40,252 nt of DNA from Candidatus Nezhaarchaeota archaeon WYZ-LMO8 (GCA_004347965.1 QNVF01000006.1:1-40252); one strand, 5' to 3'; shown: positions 1 through 10,152, counted from the stretch's first letter. Notes: generated from the sequence alone by a model not told the origin. Numbers and translations are program-made.

Positions 1-838
1 CAGATAATCTCGTGCTTGTAAGCTTCTTCAACTCTCTCTTAATCCCACTTACAAACTTCTCATCGCCTTTTATCCAGCACCATCCCATCCTATAGCCTGG
101 AAGACACCAGTTCTTGGATAACCCACCAAATCCTATAATGTTGACGTCTTTACCTATAGAGCCTATGCAGCAATGTTGTCCTTCAAATACCCACTGATCA
201 TAAAGCTCGTCGAAGGCCACAATAAGTTCATGTTCAGCAGCTAAATCTAGAATTTCCTTTAAGTTCTTCTCCTTCAATATCGATCCTGTTGGGTTATTAG
301 GTGTACACACCATGATGTACTTGGTCCTAGGGGTTATCTTCCTCCTCATGCGATCTACGTCCACTCTCCACCCCTCTTCCTCTATCACTTCGTATGTCAC
401 GGGCTTACCGTCGAATAAGTAAACGTAGTTAGGATAGGCAGGATACCAAGCTGATGGAATTAAGGCCTCATCACCAGGATTTATGAGCACAGCGTTTAAA
501 TACATAAATCCCTCCGACGTGCCTAAGAACGAGAAGACGTCGTCAGGATCAACTTCGTTACCGTGATACCTCCTTTCGTAAAACGCTACAGCCTCTCTAA
601 ATTCAAGACTTGCCTGAGAATCTCCGTAAAATGCCCAGTAAAGGTTCTTCTCGTCGTTTGAAGCCTCAATAAGCGCCTCTCTAACATGTTTAGGAGGCTT
701 AAATCCCGAAGCTCTTACAGCATCTCCAAAGCTTAATGAGATGATTCTCTTACCTCTCTTTGAATACTCCCTTGCTAGTTCTAGCATATCGATTATTGGA
801 TAAGTTATCGGCTCAACTCTTTTCGAGAATTCAATCAT
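1..838 (-). CDS. PLP-dependent aminotransferase class I/II (Asp/Ala aminotransferase family), C-terminus truncated by window edge
   Basis: Manual translation from ATG at 838: MIEFSKRVEPITYPI...CTPNNPTGS...AFDELYD...GGLSKNWCLPGYRMGW, containing the NNPTG, DExY and SK-x5-GYRxG fold-type I motifs. Not in the ORF track because it is open at the edge. Confidence 0.9.
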   Translation of the reverse strand, partial: MIEFSKRVEPITYPIIDMLELAREYSKRGKRIISLSFGDAVRASGFKPPKHVREALIEASNDEKNLYWAFYGDSQASLEFREAVAFYERRYHGNEVDPDDVFSFLGTSEGFMYLNAVLINPGDEALIPSAWYPAYPNYVYLFDGKPVTYEVIEEEGWRVDVDRMRRKITPRTKYIMVCTPNNPTGSILKEKNLKEILDLAAEHELIVAFDELYDQWVFEGQHCCIGSIGKDVNIIGFGGLSKNWCLPGYRMGWCWIKGDEKFVSGIKRELKKLTSTRLS

Positions 839-1005
839 GGTCGTTCGATTTTGTACACTAATGCGATTAGAAATTTAAAATTAACCCAAGATTATAGCTC
901 CTAAGCAATAGCAAAGTGAATCTTTAATTTAACGAGCTTTCATGAGAACTAGTCGTTCTAGCCAATTAAGCACGTGTACAGATGCGTCTCATTGCACAAT
1001 GCGTT

Positions 1006-2271
1006 TTAGACAGCTATCTTATCGCCTGGCTCACTTAAGTAGAATTCACGGTTCTCTATCAGTCTCTTCAGGTACTCTGATAAGACCTCAGCCTTCTTCC
1101 TACATGACTGTCTCAACTTAATTGGTATCTCCACATTACCTAACTTCACGCTTCCCAACTTCGCTTTAAAAGCACCTTGAGGGCACAGCCAAGTACATGC
1201 ACCACACTCAAAGCACTTGTACTTCACTAAATCGCCTTTACCACGAAATGCTTCCGTTGGACAGTACAATGCCACAGGGCATGGTGAAATTTGGCATGTC
1301 TCACACATACTCTTATTGTAGCTTACTTCCAAATCTGTTCCCTGCCAAACCTTAGCGTAGCTGTCGAAGCCTATCACCTCCCTGTTGTTCACATCAGCTA
1401 TGGGTAGTTGCACTTCTTCGTCGATTCTCTTGACTCCTTTGAGAACTTCATAATCAATTATTGGAATAGCTGCGGCTATTGTGATGAAAGGTTCAGGACC
1501 TAACGACGTTATAAATTGACCCACATAGTACGAACTCATACCCTTAATATCAGCGGATATTGATAGATTTGGTCTCTCTCTTGTAGCTCTAGTACCAGCT
1601 CCAATTACATATCCATAAGCTTTGTTCACTAAAACTTTTGTACCAACACCTATAGTCTTAAGTAGTGGGTCCTTCTCCAATGGATTTATCTCGCCGCATC
1701 CAGATACACTCGCCATCTTCAAACCTTCCTTCATCTCCAAGATCGAGAATATCGATTTTACAGGCTTGTCTCGAGGATTTACGAAGGCCATGTAATTTCT
1801 AAAACACGACCTAGTAGTTATCATCTTGGCATAGATCATTTCTTGCAATGTGATATTGCTCTCTATCACCTTCCCCTCAACGCTTTCAACCCTCACCTCA
1901 ATCCTCTTTCCCTCTATCAAGTCTCTGATGAGGCCTCCTCCTCCATACTTAGTAGGATTGTAGATGCTCGTGCTAGTCCCATACAAGACTACGTCGACTA
2001 TACCTAACCTTTCGTTTGGACACGGTCCTGGAAATGCAGGTACGTCATTCAGTAAGACGCTCTTGGCCTTAGTAAAAACACCCTTCTCTGTAACCTTAAA
2101 TGATAGAACAGCCATGGTGCCACTCATGACGCCGCATGTAGCTGAGGTAACAACGTCAACATCTTCTATTTTCTCTCCTCTCCTAACCATATTACAGAGT
2201 TCTTTCGCTGTAAGAACAACGGCTTCTCCCTTCCTTATTCTCTCATTTATCTCCTTAATTGATCTCAACAT
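1006..2271 (-). CDS. Methanogenesis marker 16 metalloprotein-like (DUF39 / homocysteine biosynthesis sulfur-incorporation family with C-terminal 4Fe-4S ferredoxin domain)
   Basis: N-terminus SIKEINERIRKGEAVVLTA, DVDVVTSATCGVMSGT, GPCPNERLG and SGCGEINPLEKDP motifs; C-terminal CxxC...CP and CFECGACTWLCP clusters. Confidence 0.85.
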   Translation of the reverse strand: MLRSIKEINERIRKGEAVVLTAKELCNMVRRGEKIEDVDVVTSATCGVMSGTMAVLSFKVTEKGVFTKAKSVLLNDVPAFPGPCPNERLGIVDVVLYGTSTSIYNPTKYGGGGLIRDLIEGKRIEVRVESVEGKVIESNITLQEMIYAKMITTRSCFRNYMAFVNPRDKPVKSIFSILEMKEGLKMASVSGCGEINPLEKDPLLKTIGVGTKVLVNKAYGYVIGAGTRATRERPNLSISADIKGMSSYYVGQFITSLGPEPFITIAAAIPIIDYEVLKGVKRIDEEVQLPIADVNNREVIGFDSYAKVWQGTDLEVSYNKSMCETCQISPCPVALYCPTEAFRGKGDLVKYKCFECGACTWLCPQGAFKAKLGSVKLGNVEIPIKLRQSCRKKAEVLSEYLKRLIENREFYLSEPGDKIAV

Positions 2272-2349
2272 ATCACTCCCTCACTTATCGAGTCTTGAAG
2301 GATATCTTTAAATTTCCCTCGAAGCTGTAAGAACTTCAAGTGTGATGCA

Positions 2350-3063
2350 ATGAAGCTTCTTAGAAGACATTATTGCATAAAAGAGTCTAGCGGAGAAATA
2401 ATATGCGACTCCACAGTTGGATTAGAAACCGCATTAACCTCGATAGCTTATCACAGAGAATGTTTAGAGAACTATGTTCGTAGGAACCTCGTCTTCAAGT
2501 ATGCCCTAAGCCCTATAGGGGCTGAGGATGATGCCCCCCTCGTTGTTAAGAGAATGGTGGAGTGCTCTAAGATCGCGAACGTAGGACCCATGGCCTCAGT
2601 AGCAGGCGTCTTAGCTGATTTAGCTGTAGAAGCAGCATTAAAGTCAGGGGCAAGAATCATCTTGGTGGAGAATGGTGGAGAGATTGCTGTAGCCGGAAGT
2701 GGAGAGTTCGTAATCGGTATAAGGGCTGGCAGCATCATACCCTTTGGCCTTAAGGTAAAGCCCTGTGATTTGCCCATCGGGATAGCCACAAGCTCGGGAA
2801 GATATGGTCATGCGCTAAGCTTTGGAGAAGCAGATGCCGTCACCGTAATAGCAGACAATGCAGGATTAGCTGATGCTGCTGCCACAGCGATATGTAATGC
2901 TACAAGAGGAGAAGATGCTATAGAGAGAGGCATAGAGAGGGCTATGGAGATTAAGGAGATAAGAGGTGTAATAATAGTAGTTGGAGACTTGATAGGCATT
3001 TATGGAAGACTCCCAGAACTAATCGAAGTAAATTGCGACCACTTAAACGCAAAGACATTATGA
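2350..3063 (+). CDS. UPF0280 family protein (ApbE-like, COG2122; sulfide-assimilation associated)
   Basis: VGPMASVAG, VENGGEIA, GIATSSG.YGHALSFGEADAVTV and LADAAATAICN motifs. Confidence 0.9.
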   Translation: MKLLRRHYCIKESSGEIICDSTVGLETALTSIAYHRECLENYVRRNLVFKYALSPIGAEDDAPLVVKRMVECSKIANVGPMASVAGVLADLAVEAALKSGARIILVENGGEIAVAGSGEFVIGIRAGSIIPFGLKVKPCDLPIGIATSSGRYGHALSFGEADAVTVIADNAGLADAAATAICNATRGEDAIERGIERAMEIKEIRGVIIVVGDLIGIYGRLPELIEVNCDHLNAKTL

Positions 3064-3425
3064 ATAAGAGACTCTTAATGTAAAACGTAAGACCTCACTT
3101 AGTCTCTGATAATGAGAGCATTAATTTCTAACATAAGTACTGCCTTGGTTTTGAGGATCTCGAGAGCTTAACCCATCATTGAAGGCTATGCGCATTTAAG
3201 GGTTACGGCTGATAATCAATGAACCTCTAGAAAAATCCTCACATCTTAATTAAGCCTTAATGCTCCATGATATGCTTTCACACCGAAAGTGATATTGGAT
3301 ACTTTTATAGCCAGTAGCAAACTATGCTGTTTTACGACTTAAATCTTTGGTTGTCCCATCTATGGTATACTAAAATGTCCAAAAAGTATATAAAAATTTA
3401 TCTGCAAGAAAGAGAGGGGGTCTTT

Positions 3426-4481
3426 ATGGGCAGGTTAAGTAAATGGCTTCTAGCTATCTTAGTGATAGCAGTTGTAGCTTCCATAGGAGCTATAGCTTTA
3501 GTGCTCACGCCCTATTCTAAACCTGCTACCACTCCTGTTGAAGTACGCATAAGCTATCAGCCAAGTTGGCATCATGCCACCTTCTTCGTAATGGTTGAGA
3601 AGGGATGGCTTGAAAAGATCTTTGGTGACCAAGTTAAGATCACTATAAGAGAAATTTCAACTGGACCAGAGCAGATGACTGCCTTAGTTGCTGGTGAATT
3701 AGATGTAGTGTACGTTGGTGCTACGCCACCACTCCCAGTAATAGCGAAGGGCTTTGGAGCAAGAATAGTGGCGGTAGCTAATACTGAAGGGTCAGCGTTA
3801 GTTAGTAGAGCAGATCTCAATTATCAAGGACCAAGCTCCCTCGTGGGGAGGACAGTTAGCACTTATCCTCCAGGCTCAATACAACACACCTTAATGAACT
3901 ATTGGTTAAAGAAGAACAACATAGATCCAGGGACGGTTAAGATTATAGGTCAATCACCAGCAGATCAGCTAAGTTCATTTGTAGCTGGAGCCGTGGATGC
4001 TATACTAACTCCTGACCCGCATACCTACACGGCAGTTTTAAAGTATGGAGGTAAAATAGTGGTTACTTCAGATGAAATGTGGCCTAAACATCCTTGCTGC
4101 ATAGTTCTAATGACCAAGGAGTTTATCGACAAACACAGGGACTTGGCAGCGAAGTTCGTTGCACTACACATTATAGCGAGTGAATACATAATGAACCCCA
4201 AGAATAGGGAGGATGTGAAGGGAATACTGTTGAAGTGGCTGCCCATAGAGAAGGAAGTGGCAGACTACTTTCCAGGTTCAACGAGGTTTCATACAGATCC
4301 AAGAGATCAAGAATGGCGTAGTGGCTTAGACCTCATGTGTCAAGTGCTATATGAGCTTGGACGAACTGCGAATGCTGAAGGTAAGCTCGTGAGATTAAGA
4401 GTTGAGGACGTGGTCGATACAGCGCTTTACGAGGAAGCATTAAAAATAGTTCCTCAAATAAAGGCTAAGTTAGGTCTCTAA
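3426..4481 (+). CDS. ABC transporter substrate-binding protein, nitrate/sulfonate/bicarbonate (SsuA/NMT1-like) family
   Basis: N-terminal TM/signal segment; GELDVVYVGATP, NTEGSALV, PPGSIQH and WPKHPCC motifs. Start refined to ATG 3426 after a G-rich RBS (ORF open from 3324). Confidence 0.9.
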   Translation: MGRLSKWLLAILVIAVVASIGAIALVLTPYSKPATTPVEVRISYQPSWHHATFFVMVEKGWLEKIFGDQVKITIREISTGPEQMTALVAGELDVVYVGATPPLPVIAKGFGARIVAVANTEGSALVSRADLNYQGPSSLVGRTVSTYPPGSIQHTLMNYWLKKNNIDPGTVKIIGQSPADQLSSFVAGAVDAILTPDPHTYTAVLKYGGKIVVTSDEMWPKHPCCIVLMTKEFIDKHRDLAAKFVALHIIASEYIMNPKNREDVKGILLKWLPIEKEVADYFPGSTRFHTDPRDQEWRSGLDLMCQVLYELGRTANAEGKLVRLRVEDVVDTALYEEALKIVPQIKAKLGL

Positions 4482-4482
4482 A

Positions 4483-5268
4483 GTGAAGTTTAAAAACCTC
4501 TTACTATACCTTACCTCTCTCATAGCATTTCTCTTAGTTTGGGAGCTATACTGCCAGCTGATTGTGAGGAACCCAATGTTCTTACCTCCTTCATCAAGAG
4601 TTTTCGCTACATTCATTGAACTAATGATTTTTGGAAGACCTCCTAGCTTCTTCCTACCCTACGACATGCTTTACAGTCTCTTCCACTATTCCATAGGCTT
4701 CAGCTTAGCGCTAATCGTAGGTTTTAGCATGGGGCTTATTACTGGATGGATCAAACTTGCCAATGAGCTTTCATACCCTATAATCGAATTAATAAGACCC
4801 ATACCACCAATAGCGTGGATACCGATAACAATATTGATGTTGAAGTTAACTGATGCTGCAGCAGGCTTCATAATATTCATTGGAGCGGTATTCCCCATGC
4901 TCCTGAATACGAGACATGGAGTTGCCTCTGTTGAAGTTAGATACCTTGAAGCAGCCATGACCCTTGGAGCGACAAGCAGCTTAACCCTCATCAGAAAGAT
5001 CGTTATACCAGCAGCTTTACCATCAATCATGACCGGTATCAGGGTCTCTTCAGGAGTAGCATGGATGTGTGTTGTAGCTGCTGAGCTTTTTGGCGTAGCA
5101 CCATATGGACTAGGTTACAAGATAGATCTAGCAAGGTTCTACTTAGCTACTGACATAATAATAGCCTACATGATCGCAATAGGGATCTTAGGTTTAATGC
5201 TCGATAGAGTGTACAGGGCAATTGAAGAGAAAGCTCTGGCTTGGAGGGTTGGACTTGTCATTGCGTGA
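4483..5268 (+). CDS. ABC transporter permease (SsuC/TauC-like)
   Basis: Hydrophobic; ELIRPIPPIAWIP, EAA loop EAAMTLGA and WMCVVAAEL motifs. Confidence 0.92.
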   Translation: MKFKNLLLYLTSLIAFLLVWELYCQLIVRNPMFLPPSSRVFATFIELMIFGRPPSFFLPYDMLYSLFHYSIGFSLALIVGFSMGLITGWIKLANELSYPIIELIRPIPPIAWIPITILMLKLTDAAAGFIIFIGAVFPMLLNTRHGVASVEVRYLEAAMTLGATSSLTLIRKIVIPAALPSIMTGIRVSSGVAWMCVVAAELFGVAPYGLGYKIDLARFYLATDIIIAYMIAIGILGLMLDRVYRAIEEKALAWRVGLVIA

Positions 5269-6052
5269 AGTGGTCTTAAGTGTAAGGGGGTTAAAGAAGG
5301 TGTTTGAGGGTTCTCCTAGCGTTGTTGCTATCGAGAGCTTGAACATGGACGTTTATGATGGGGAGTTCCTCTGTATAGTGGGGCCAAGCGGCTGCGGCAA
5401 GACGACGCTACTTAGAATTCTTGCCGGGCTTGAGAAGCCAACGAGTGGAGAAGTTCTGCTTAAAGGGAAGCCGATTAAGGGTCCAGGCCCTGATAGGGTC
5501 ATGGTCTTTCAAGAGTATTCCCTCTTTCCTTGGAGGACTGTTCTAGGTAATGTCATGTTCGGCTTAGAGCTGAAGGGGTTATCTAGGCAAGAAGCTATCA
5601 GGGAGGCTATGAAGTACATAATGCTTGTAGGCCTTGAAGGATTTGAAAACATGTATCCTCACGAACTATCCGGTGGGATGAAGCAGAGGGTGGCGTTGGC
5701 AAGGGCTTTAGCTTGCAACCCAGATGTCCTCTTAATGGATGAGCCACTAAGCGCATTAGATGCTCAGACAAGAAACTACATGCAAGAAGAGCTCATAAAG
5801 ATATGGGATAGGACTAGGAAGACCATAATCTTTGTAACTCACAACGTTGAAGAAGCTGTGTACCTAGGCGATAGGGTCATGGTGTTGACGGCTAGACCAG
5901 CTAAGATCAAAAGCACAATCGAGGTAAACATTGAGAGACCAAGAAATAGATTTGCATCAGAATTCTTAAAGTTACGAATGAAAATACTAGATATGCTGAG
6001 AGAAGAAATAGAAAAGGTAATGATTAGAAGCAATCATAGTCTAAGACCTTAA
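5261..6052 (+). CDS. ABC transporter ATP-binding protein (SsuB/TauB-like)
   Basis: Walker A GPSGCGKT, signature LSGGMKQR, Walker B LLMDEP, H-loop VTH. Start refined to TTG 5261 (ORF open from 5222). Confidence 0.93.
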   Translation: MREVVLSVRGLKKVFEGSPSVVAIESLNMDVYDGEFLCIVGPSGCGKTTLLRILAGLEKPTSGEVLLKGKPIKGPGPDRVMVFQEYSLFPWRTVLGNVMFGLELKGLSRQEAIREAMKYIMLVGLEGFENMYPHELSGGMKQRVALARALACNPDVLLMDEPLSALDAQTRNYMQEELIKIWDRTRKTIIFVTHNVEEAVYLGDRVMVLTARPAKIKSTIEVNIERPRNRFASEFLKLRMKILDMLREEIEKVMIRSNHSLRP

Positions 6053-6076
6053 TTTAAGCTTGAGGAGTTCCTCAAA

Positions 6077-6640
6077 ATGGAAAAGCGACTACGTGACTTA
6101 GGCTCAAGATCTTTGAGAGTGCTATTGGCTTCTCTGAAGTCCGATGAAGAGCTAGCTAAAGAGTTAAAGAGGATCCTTGAGGACTTAGGGATTAGCGTTA
6201 GCAAGTTCTCTTCGTTGTCAGGCGTGCCGCTTAGCACTATAAAGAAGATCTTGAGGGGGAGAGGAGGAGTGACCTTGTCAACGCTTCGAAAAGTACTGAA
6301 GGCGATAGAGTTAGTGGAGGAAGGACCTAAGAAACCATTCGTGGCCATTATAGCTGCTGTAACCACTCTAAGTAGGCTGCGATCGCTAACCCTTAAACTT
6401 CAAGATCGCATTATAACCATTAAGGAGTATGGGGTATCAACCCTTGATGAGGCTATTAAAGCAGCTCTAAGAGCTCAAAGCGACGGTGCGGCAGCGATAG
6501 TATGTGCCCCGATAGTCGCTTACCTCATAAAGGATTTCGTGACAATTCCGATAGTGACGTTGGATGTGTGTTATGAAGACATGGAGCGAGCCATTAAGAT
6601 AGCTGCTGAGAAGATCATTGAGAGATCCAAAGGGATGTGA
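6077..6640 (+). CDS. Cro/C1-type HTH transcriptional regulator with C-terminal alpha/beta effector domain
   Basis: LGISVSKFSSLSGVPLSTIKKILRG HTH; C-terminal AAAIVCAPIV domain; lies directly downstream of the ABC operon. Confidence 0.75.
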   Translation: MEKRLRDLGSRSLRVLLASLKSDEELAKELKRILEDLGISVSKFSSLSGVPLSTIKKILRGRGGVTLSTLRKVLKAIELVEEGPKKPFVAIIAAVTTLSRLRSLTLKLQDRIITIKEYGVSTLDEAIKAALRAQSDGAAAIVCAPIVAYLIKDFVTIPIVTLDVCYEDMERAIKIAAEKIIERSKGM

Positions 6641-6720
6641 GCTTCTCTATTCAGTCATGTAGCATAAGGTTGAATCTAAAGCGCTTACAACAAAGATTAT
6701 AGCTTGTCTCTCACAAGCTT

Positions 6721-7977
6721 ATGGTGGGTGAAAGTTTGGAAAATAACGAGGTTCTAGAGAAGCTACTCAAAAAAGAGATAAAGCCCTATGAGGTTGAAAG
6801 ATTCGTTAGCGACGTTAACAAGGCTGCTGAAATAAGAAGAATCTTCTTGGAAAAGACTCTAAGCATACAACTTAGGAACATAAGTTATTACTCCATAGAC
6901 CTCAACATCACCGCTAAACGCAATATAGAGAGCCCCATAGGAGTTTGCCAAGTACCCATGGGGATAGCAGGCCCCTTAAAGGTTAAGGGTGATTATGCTG
7001 ATGGAGAGTTCTACATTCCGCTTTGCACAACTGAAGGAGCTTTAGTTGCTAGTGTTAATAGAGGATGTTCAGCTATAACCGAGTCTGGTGGAGCAAGAGC
7101 GAAGATAATAAGAGACTACATGGCTAGAGCACCATTGTTCATAACGCCAAGCGTTGAACACGCGTACAAGCTAGTTCAATGGGTCAAAGAACATCGGAAG
7201 GAGATAGAGGAGACGTTTAACAGCGTAGATCCTTTTGTGAAACTAATAGATGTACAACCTTGGATTGTTGGTAGAAACGTATGGCTTCGCTTTATGGCTA
7301 ACACCTTCGACGCCATGGGCATGAACGGGGTCACACTAGCTTGCGACAAGACTGGTAGGTTTATCGAGGAGAACGTGAAGTTTGCAAGAATGGTCAGCTT
7401 AAGTGGAAACCTATGCGTCGACAAGAAGCCAAGTGCTGTAAACTGGCTTCTTGGTAGAGGCAAGACCGTGGTTGCTGAAGCAATTATAAAGAGAGAGGTA
7501 GTAATGGAGAAGCTTAAGACCACGCCTGAAGATGCAGCTGATGTTTGTGTTAGGAAGAATCTTATTGGGAGCGGACTTGCACATGCTTACGGACTAAATG
7601 CTCATGTAGCTAATATAGTCGCTGCCATATTCATAGCTACAGGACAAGACTGTGCTCAGGTCGTAGAATCATCAATGGCCATAACGACGGCTGAGGTCAC
7701 TTCTGACGGGAACCTCTACATATCGATAACCATGCCGTCACTCGAAGTAGGAACTATTGGAGGTGGAACGGGTCTTCCAACTCAGAGAGAGGCTTTAGCA
7801 ATAATGGGTTGTGCAGGACCGGGAAACCCTCCTGGCTCTAATGCTAAGAAGTTCGCTGAAATAGTTGCGGCAGCATGTCTAGCAGGAGAGCTCTCATTGC
7901 TTTCAGCACTAGCAGCAGGTCACTTAGCTCAAGCTCATGCTAGACTTGGTAGGGCCGCGGTCATTCCATCGAGGTAA
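6721..7977 (+). CDS. hmgA: Hydroxymethylglutaryl-CoA reductase (NADPH), class I
   Basis: TTEGALVASVNRG, DAMGMN, SGNLCVDKK, ATGQD, GTIGGGT and LAGELSL motifs. Confidence 0.97.
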   Translation: MVGESLENNEVLEKLLKKEIKPYEVERFVSDVNKAAEIRRIFLEKTLSIQLRNISYYSIDLNITAKRNIESPIGVCQVPMGIAGPLKVKGDYADGEFYIPLCTTEGALVASVNRGCSAITESGGARAKIIRDYMARAPLFITPSVEHAYKLVQWVKEHRKEIEETFNSVDPFVKLIDVQPWIVGRNVWLRFMANTFDAMGMNGVTLACDKTGRFIEENVKFARMVSLSGNLCVDKKPSAVNWLLGRGKTVVAEAIIKREVVMEKLKTTPEDAADVCVRKNLIGSGLAHAYGLNAHVANIVAAIFIATGQDCAQVVESSMAITTAEVTSDGNLYISITMPSLEVGTIGGGTGLPTQREALAIMGCAGPGNPPGSNAKKFAEIVAAACLAGELSLLSALAAGHLAQAHARLGRAAVIPSR

Positions 7978-8158
7978 GGCTTGTTGAGACTTAGAATCAT
8001 AGATCTACGTAGAACTTATATGACATAAGTCACATCAAGACATGCTCCTAATATCGTAGACTACATAGTTGAGTTAATGATTACCATCATATCGCTGTGC
8101 TAAAGAGGGGTTACAACATACCATACAAAACCTATTTTTTACATCATTGTGATATGCA

Positions 8159-8572
8159 TTACGTAGACTCCATATGGTGATCAACTAACTTTATACCAAG
8201 CATTTCTGCGATTTTTGCTTGTGCTTGATCTAGTGTGAGTAGAGGTTCTTTTAGTTTCAGTGCTAGCGCTACGTATAGTGCATCGTATACTGTGATGTTG
8301 TGCTCTAATGCTAACATGAAAGCTTGGTCTATTAACTCTTTTTCATCAATTAATTTTACGTTTACGTCCACCATTTTCCGTAGTGCTTGAATTTTTAGGA
8401 GAGCATCTTCAATTGATATGATGTTCCTTTTATATGCCCTCCATATAGCATTAAATACTTCTTTTAAAGCATGATCGACTGTACATGAATTCTTTAATAG
8501 ATCCACGAGTTTCTCCCAACCAGGTTCCATGAGAACAAAAGATACTAGGATGGAGGCGTCAACCACTATCAC
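8159..8572 (-). CDS. vapC: VapC-family PIN domain toxin
   Basis: IVVDAS...KEVFNAIW...ITVYDALYVALA...LLTLD acidic PIN tetrad. Confidence 0.93.
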   Translation of the reverse strand: MIVVDASILVSFVLMEPGWEKLVDLLKNSCTVDHALKEVFNAIWRAYKRNIISIEDALLKIQALRKMVDVNVKLIDEKELIDQAFMLALEHNITVYDALYVALALKLKEPLLTLDQAQAKIAEMLGIKLVDHHMEST

Positions 8573-8789
8573 GATCTTCCCTCACGAGAACAGTAGCGAT
8601 TCCACTAGGAACTTCACTAGTCTTCTTCAATAACTCTACTACCTCCCTCATATTCAATTCTCTTTCAATTTCCTCTAACCTCTTAACAAGATATTTCCTA
8701 AGCTCCTCGTTCCAGTTAACATAATTCTTCAACTTCTCCATCTTCTTCTTGACATGTGAAGGAACCTTGAAGCTCACAACGCTAGACAA
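8559..8789 (-). CDS. VapB-type ribbon-helix-helix antitoxin
   Basis: SSVVSFKVPSHVKKKMEKLKNYVNWNEELRKYL...LVREDRDSG; overlaps the vapC start. Start refined to TTG 8789 (ORF open from 8846). Confidence 0.85.
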   Translation of the reverse strand: MSSVVSFKVPSHVKKKMEKLKNYVNWNEELRKYLVKRLEEIERELNMREVVELLKKTSEVPSGIATVLVREDRDSG

Positions 8790-8810
8790 GGTAGACTCAA
8801 CAAGGTATAT

Positions 8811-8830
8811 TATATAAGTAGACTTATATA
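8811..8830. promoter_or_regulatory. Perfect inverted repeat TATATAAGT-ag-ACTTATATA over the TATA region of the vapBC operon (candidate autoregulatory operator)
   Basis: 9-bp arms at 8811-8819 and 8822-8830, about 20-40 bp upstream of the antitoxin start. Confidence 0.6.
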
Positions 8831-9483
8831 GTTTACCTAGGATCATAAACTTAGAGAAAACTATGTTCTAAAGATCCTTCATCTCTTCGTGTAAAGGATC
8901 TCTACATCTTGACCTTAATGTCTCATAGGTAATTTGTCTTATAATGATCTTTTTACTTGGTGTTATGATTTAAGGTTTACCTCTTATTAAACTTTCTAGT
9001 TAAACTCTCCAATCGTCATTTTATTAAAATTGTATTTACTTATTCATCTAAATAATGAAAGTGGTGAGATATTGGTGTTGCTAGACTCTTACTTTGTGAT
9101 CGTAATGTTTACTAGTTAGTCTATAAATCATAAGGCGTCTTTTTAGTTGTAAAGCGATATCTGCATGAAGTTTGTTTTCATAAATTTTTAAACGCCTTTA
9201 GAAGACGATTTAAAAGCTTATGAGATCTAGAGTAATGCGTTAGAACACTTCAGATAAGCTTTGACGCATTACATAGCGTGGTCAAGGGAAGGTATGGAAA
9301 TTTGAAGATTGTTAATGCTAGAGCTACAAGAAGTCGATCCTAATTTTGGTTAAAATGTCTAGGGGTGATGGAGGTCTTGAATTTGTTGCTGAGTACTTGC
9401 TCGATAAAGGTCCTCAACCGTTTTAAGTTATGTAATCTTGAACTTGAAGATAGAGGTAAACTAAGCCCCAGGTACGAAGACAG

Positions 9484-10152
9484 CTAGGTTCTAACGTTGC
9501 TTGACTTACATACATCGTTTAAAGGGCACTTGTGACAATTAGGTCGCCTCGCTTTGCAAACTTCTCTTCCAAACTTTATGAGAGCTAAGTGAAATAGAGC
9601 TCGCTCATTGGGAGAAACGAAGGATTCAAGAATCGCCCTCACGCCCTCATATCCAGCTCCCTCATCAACCAATCCAAGTCTCTTGACTATCCTCTCAATA
9701 TGAGTGTCTATTGGTATCACTGGTGCATTAGCTTTAAAGGCTAGCATGACATCAGCTGTCTTGTAGCCCACAGCTGGAAGTTCCATCAACTTAGATCTTG
9801 CATATTCAAATCGCATTGCTAGAATTTCCTCCAAACTCATGCTCCAGCTCCTAAGTTTTTCAGCTATTTCCTTAATCCTTCGAGCCTTAACCCTGTAAAG
9901 CCCAGCGACCTTCAATGCATCCTCGATTTCTGAGACATCGGCTTTGAGTATGCTGTCAGTCGACAGTAAACCTCTATTCTTCATATTAGCTATGGCCTTC
10001 TCAACATTCTTCCAGTTAGTATTCTGAGATATTATTGTGCTTATCAATAATTCAAAGGGGTTTAGGGACGTGAGCCTTAGTAGTATTGGAGCAATGTCGT
10101 CATAAAAGCATCTAATGATGTTAAGTAACTTGGACTTCAAGTAGGAGGTCAA
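9484..10152 (-). CDS. nth: Endonuclease III (HhH-GPD DNA glycosylase/AP lyase with 4Fe-4S)
   Basis: NPFELLISTIISQNT, LPAVGYKTAD HhH, PIDTH and C-x6-C-x2-C-x5-C FCL motif. Confidence 0.92.
   Translation of the reverse strand: MTSYLKSKLLNIIRCFYDDIAPILLRLTSLNPFELLISTIISQNTNWKNVEKAIANMKNRGLLSTDSILKADVSEIEDALKVAGLYRVKARRIKEIAEKLRSWSMSLEEILAMRFEYARSKLMELPAVGYKTADVMLAFKANAPVIPIDTHIERIVKRLGLVDEGAGYEGVRAILESFVSPNERALFHLALIKFGREVCKARRPNCHKCPLNDVCKSSNVRT

Noticed and set aside
1006..2271. Calling this the canonical L-aspartate semialdehyde sulfurtransferase (MA1821)
   Set aside because: It has a C-terminal ferredoxin domain rather than CBS domains and the TCG/CPNE signature of the marker 16 paralogue
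9363..9430. GGTGATGGAG resembling the start of a fluoride riboswitch
   Set aside because: Lacks the complementary TTCACC stem and the downstream CTGATGACTCC pseudoknot; no suitable downstream gene
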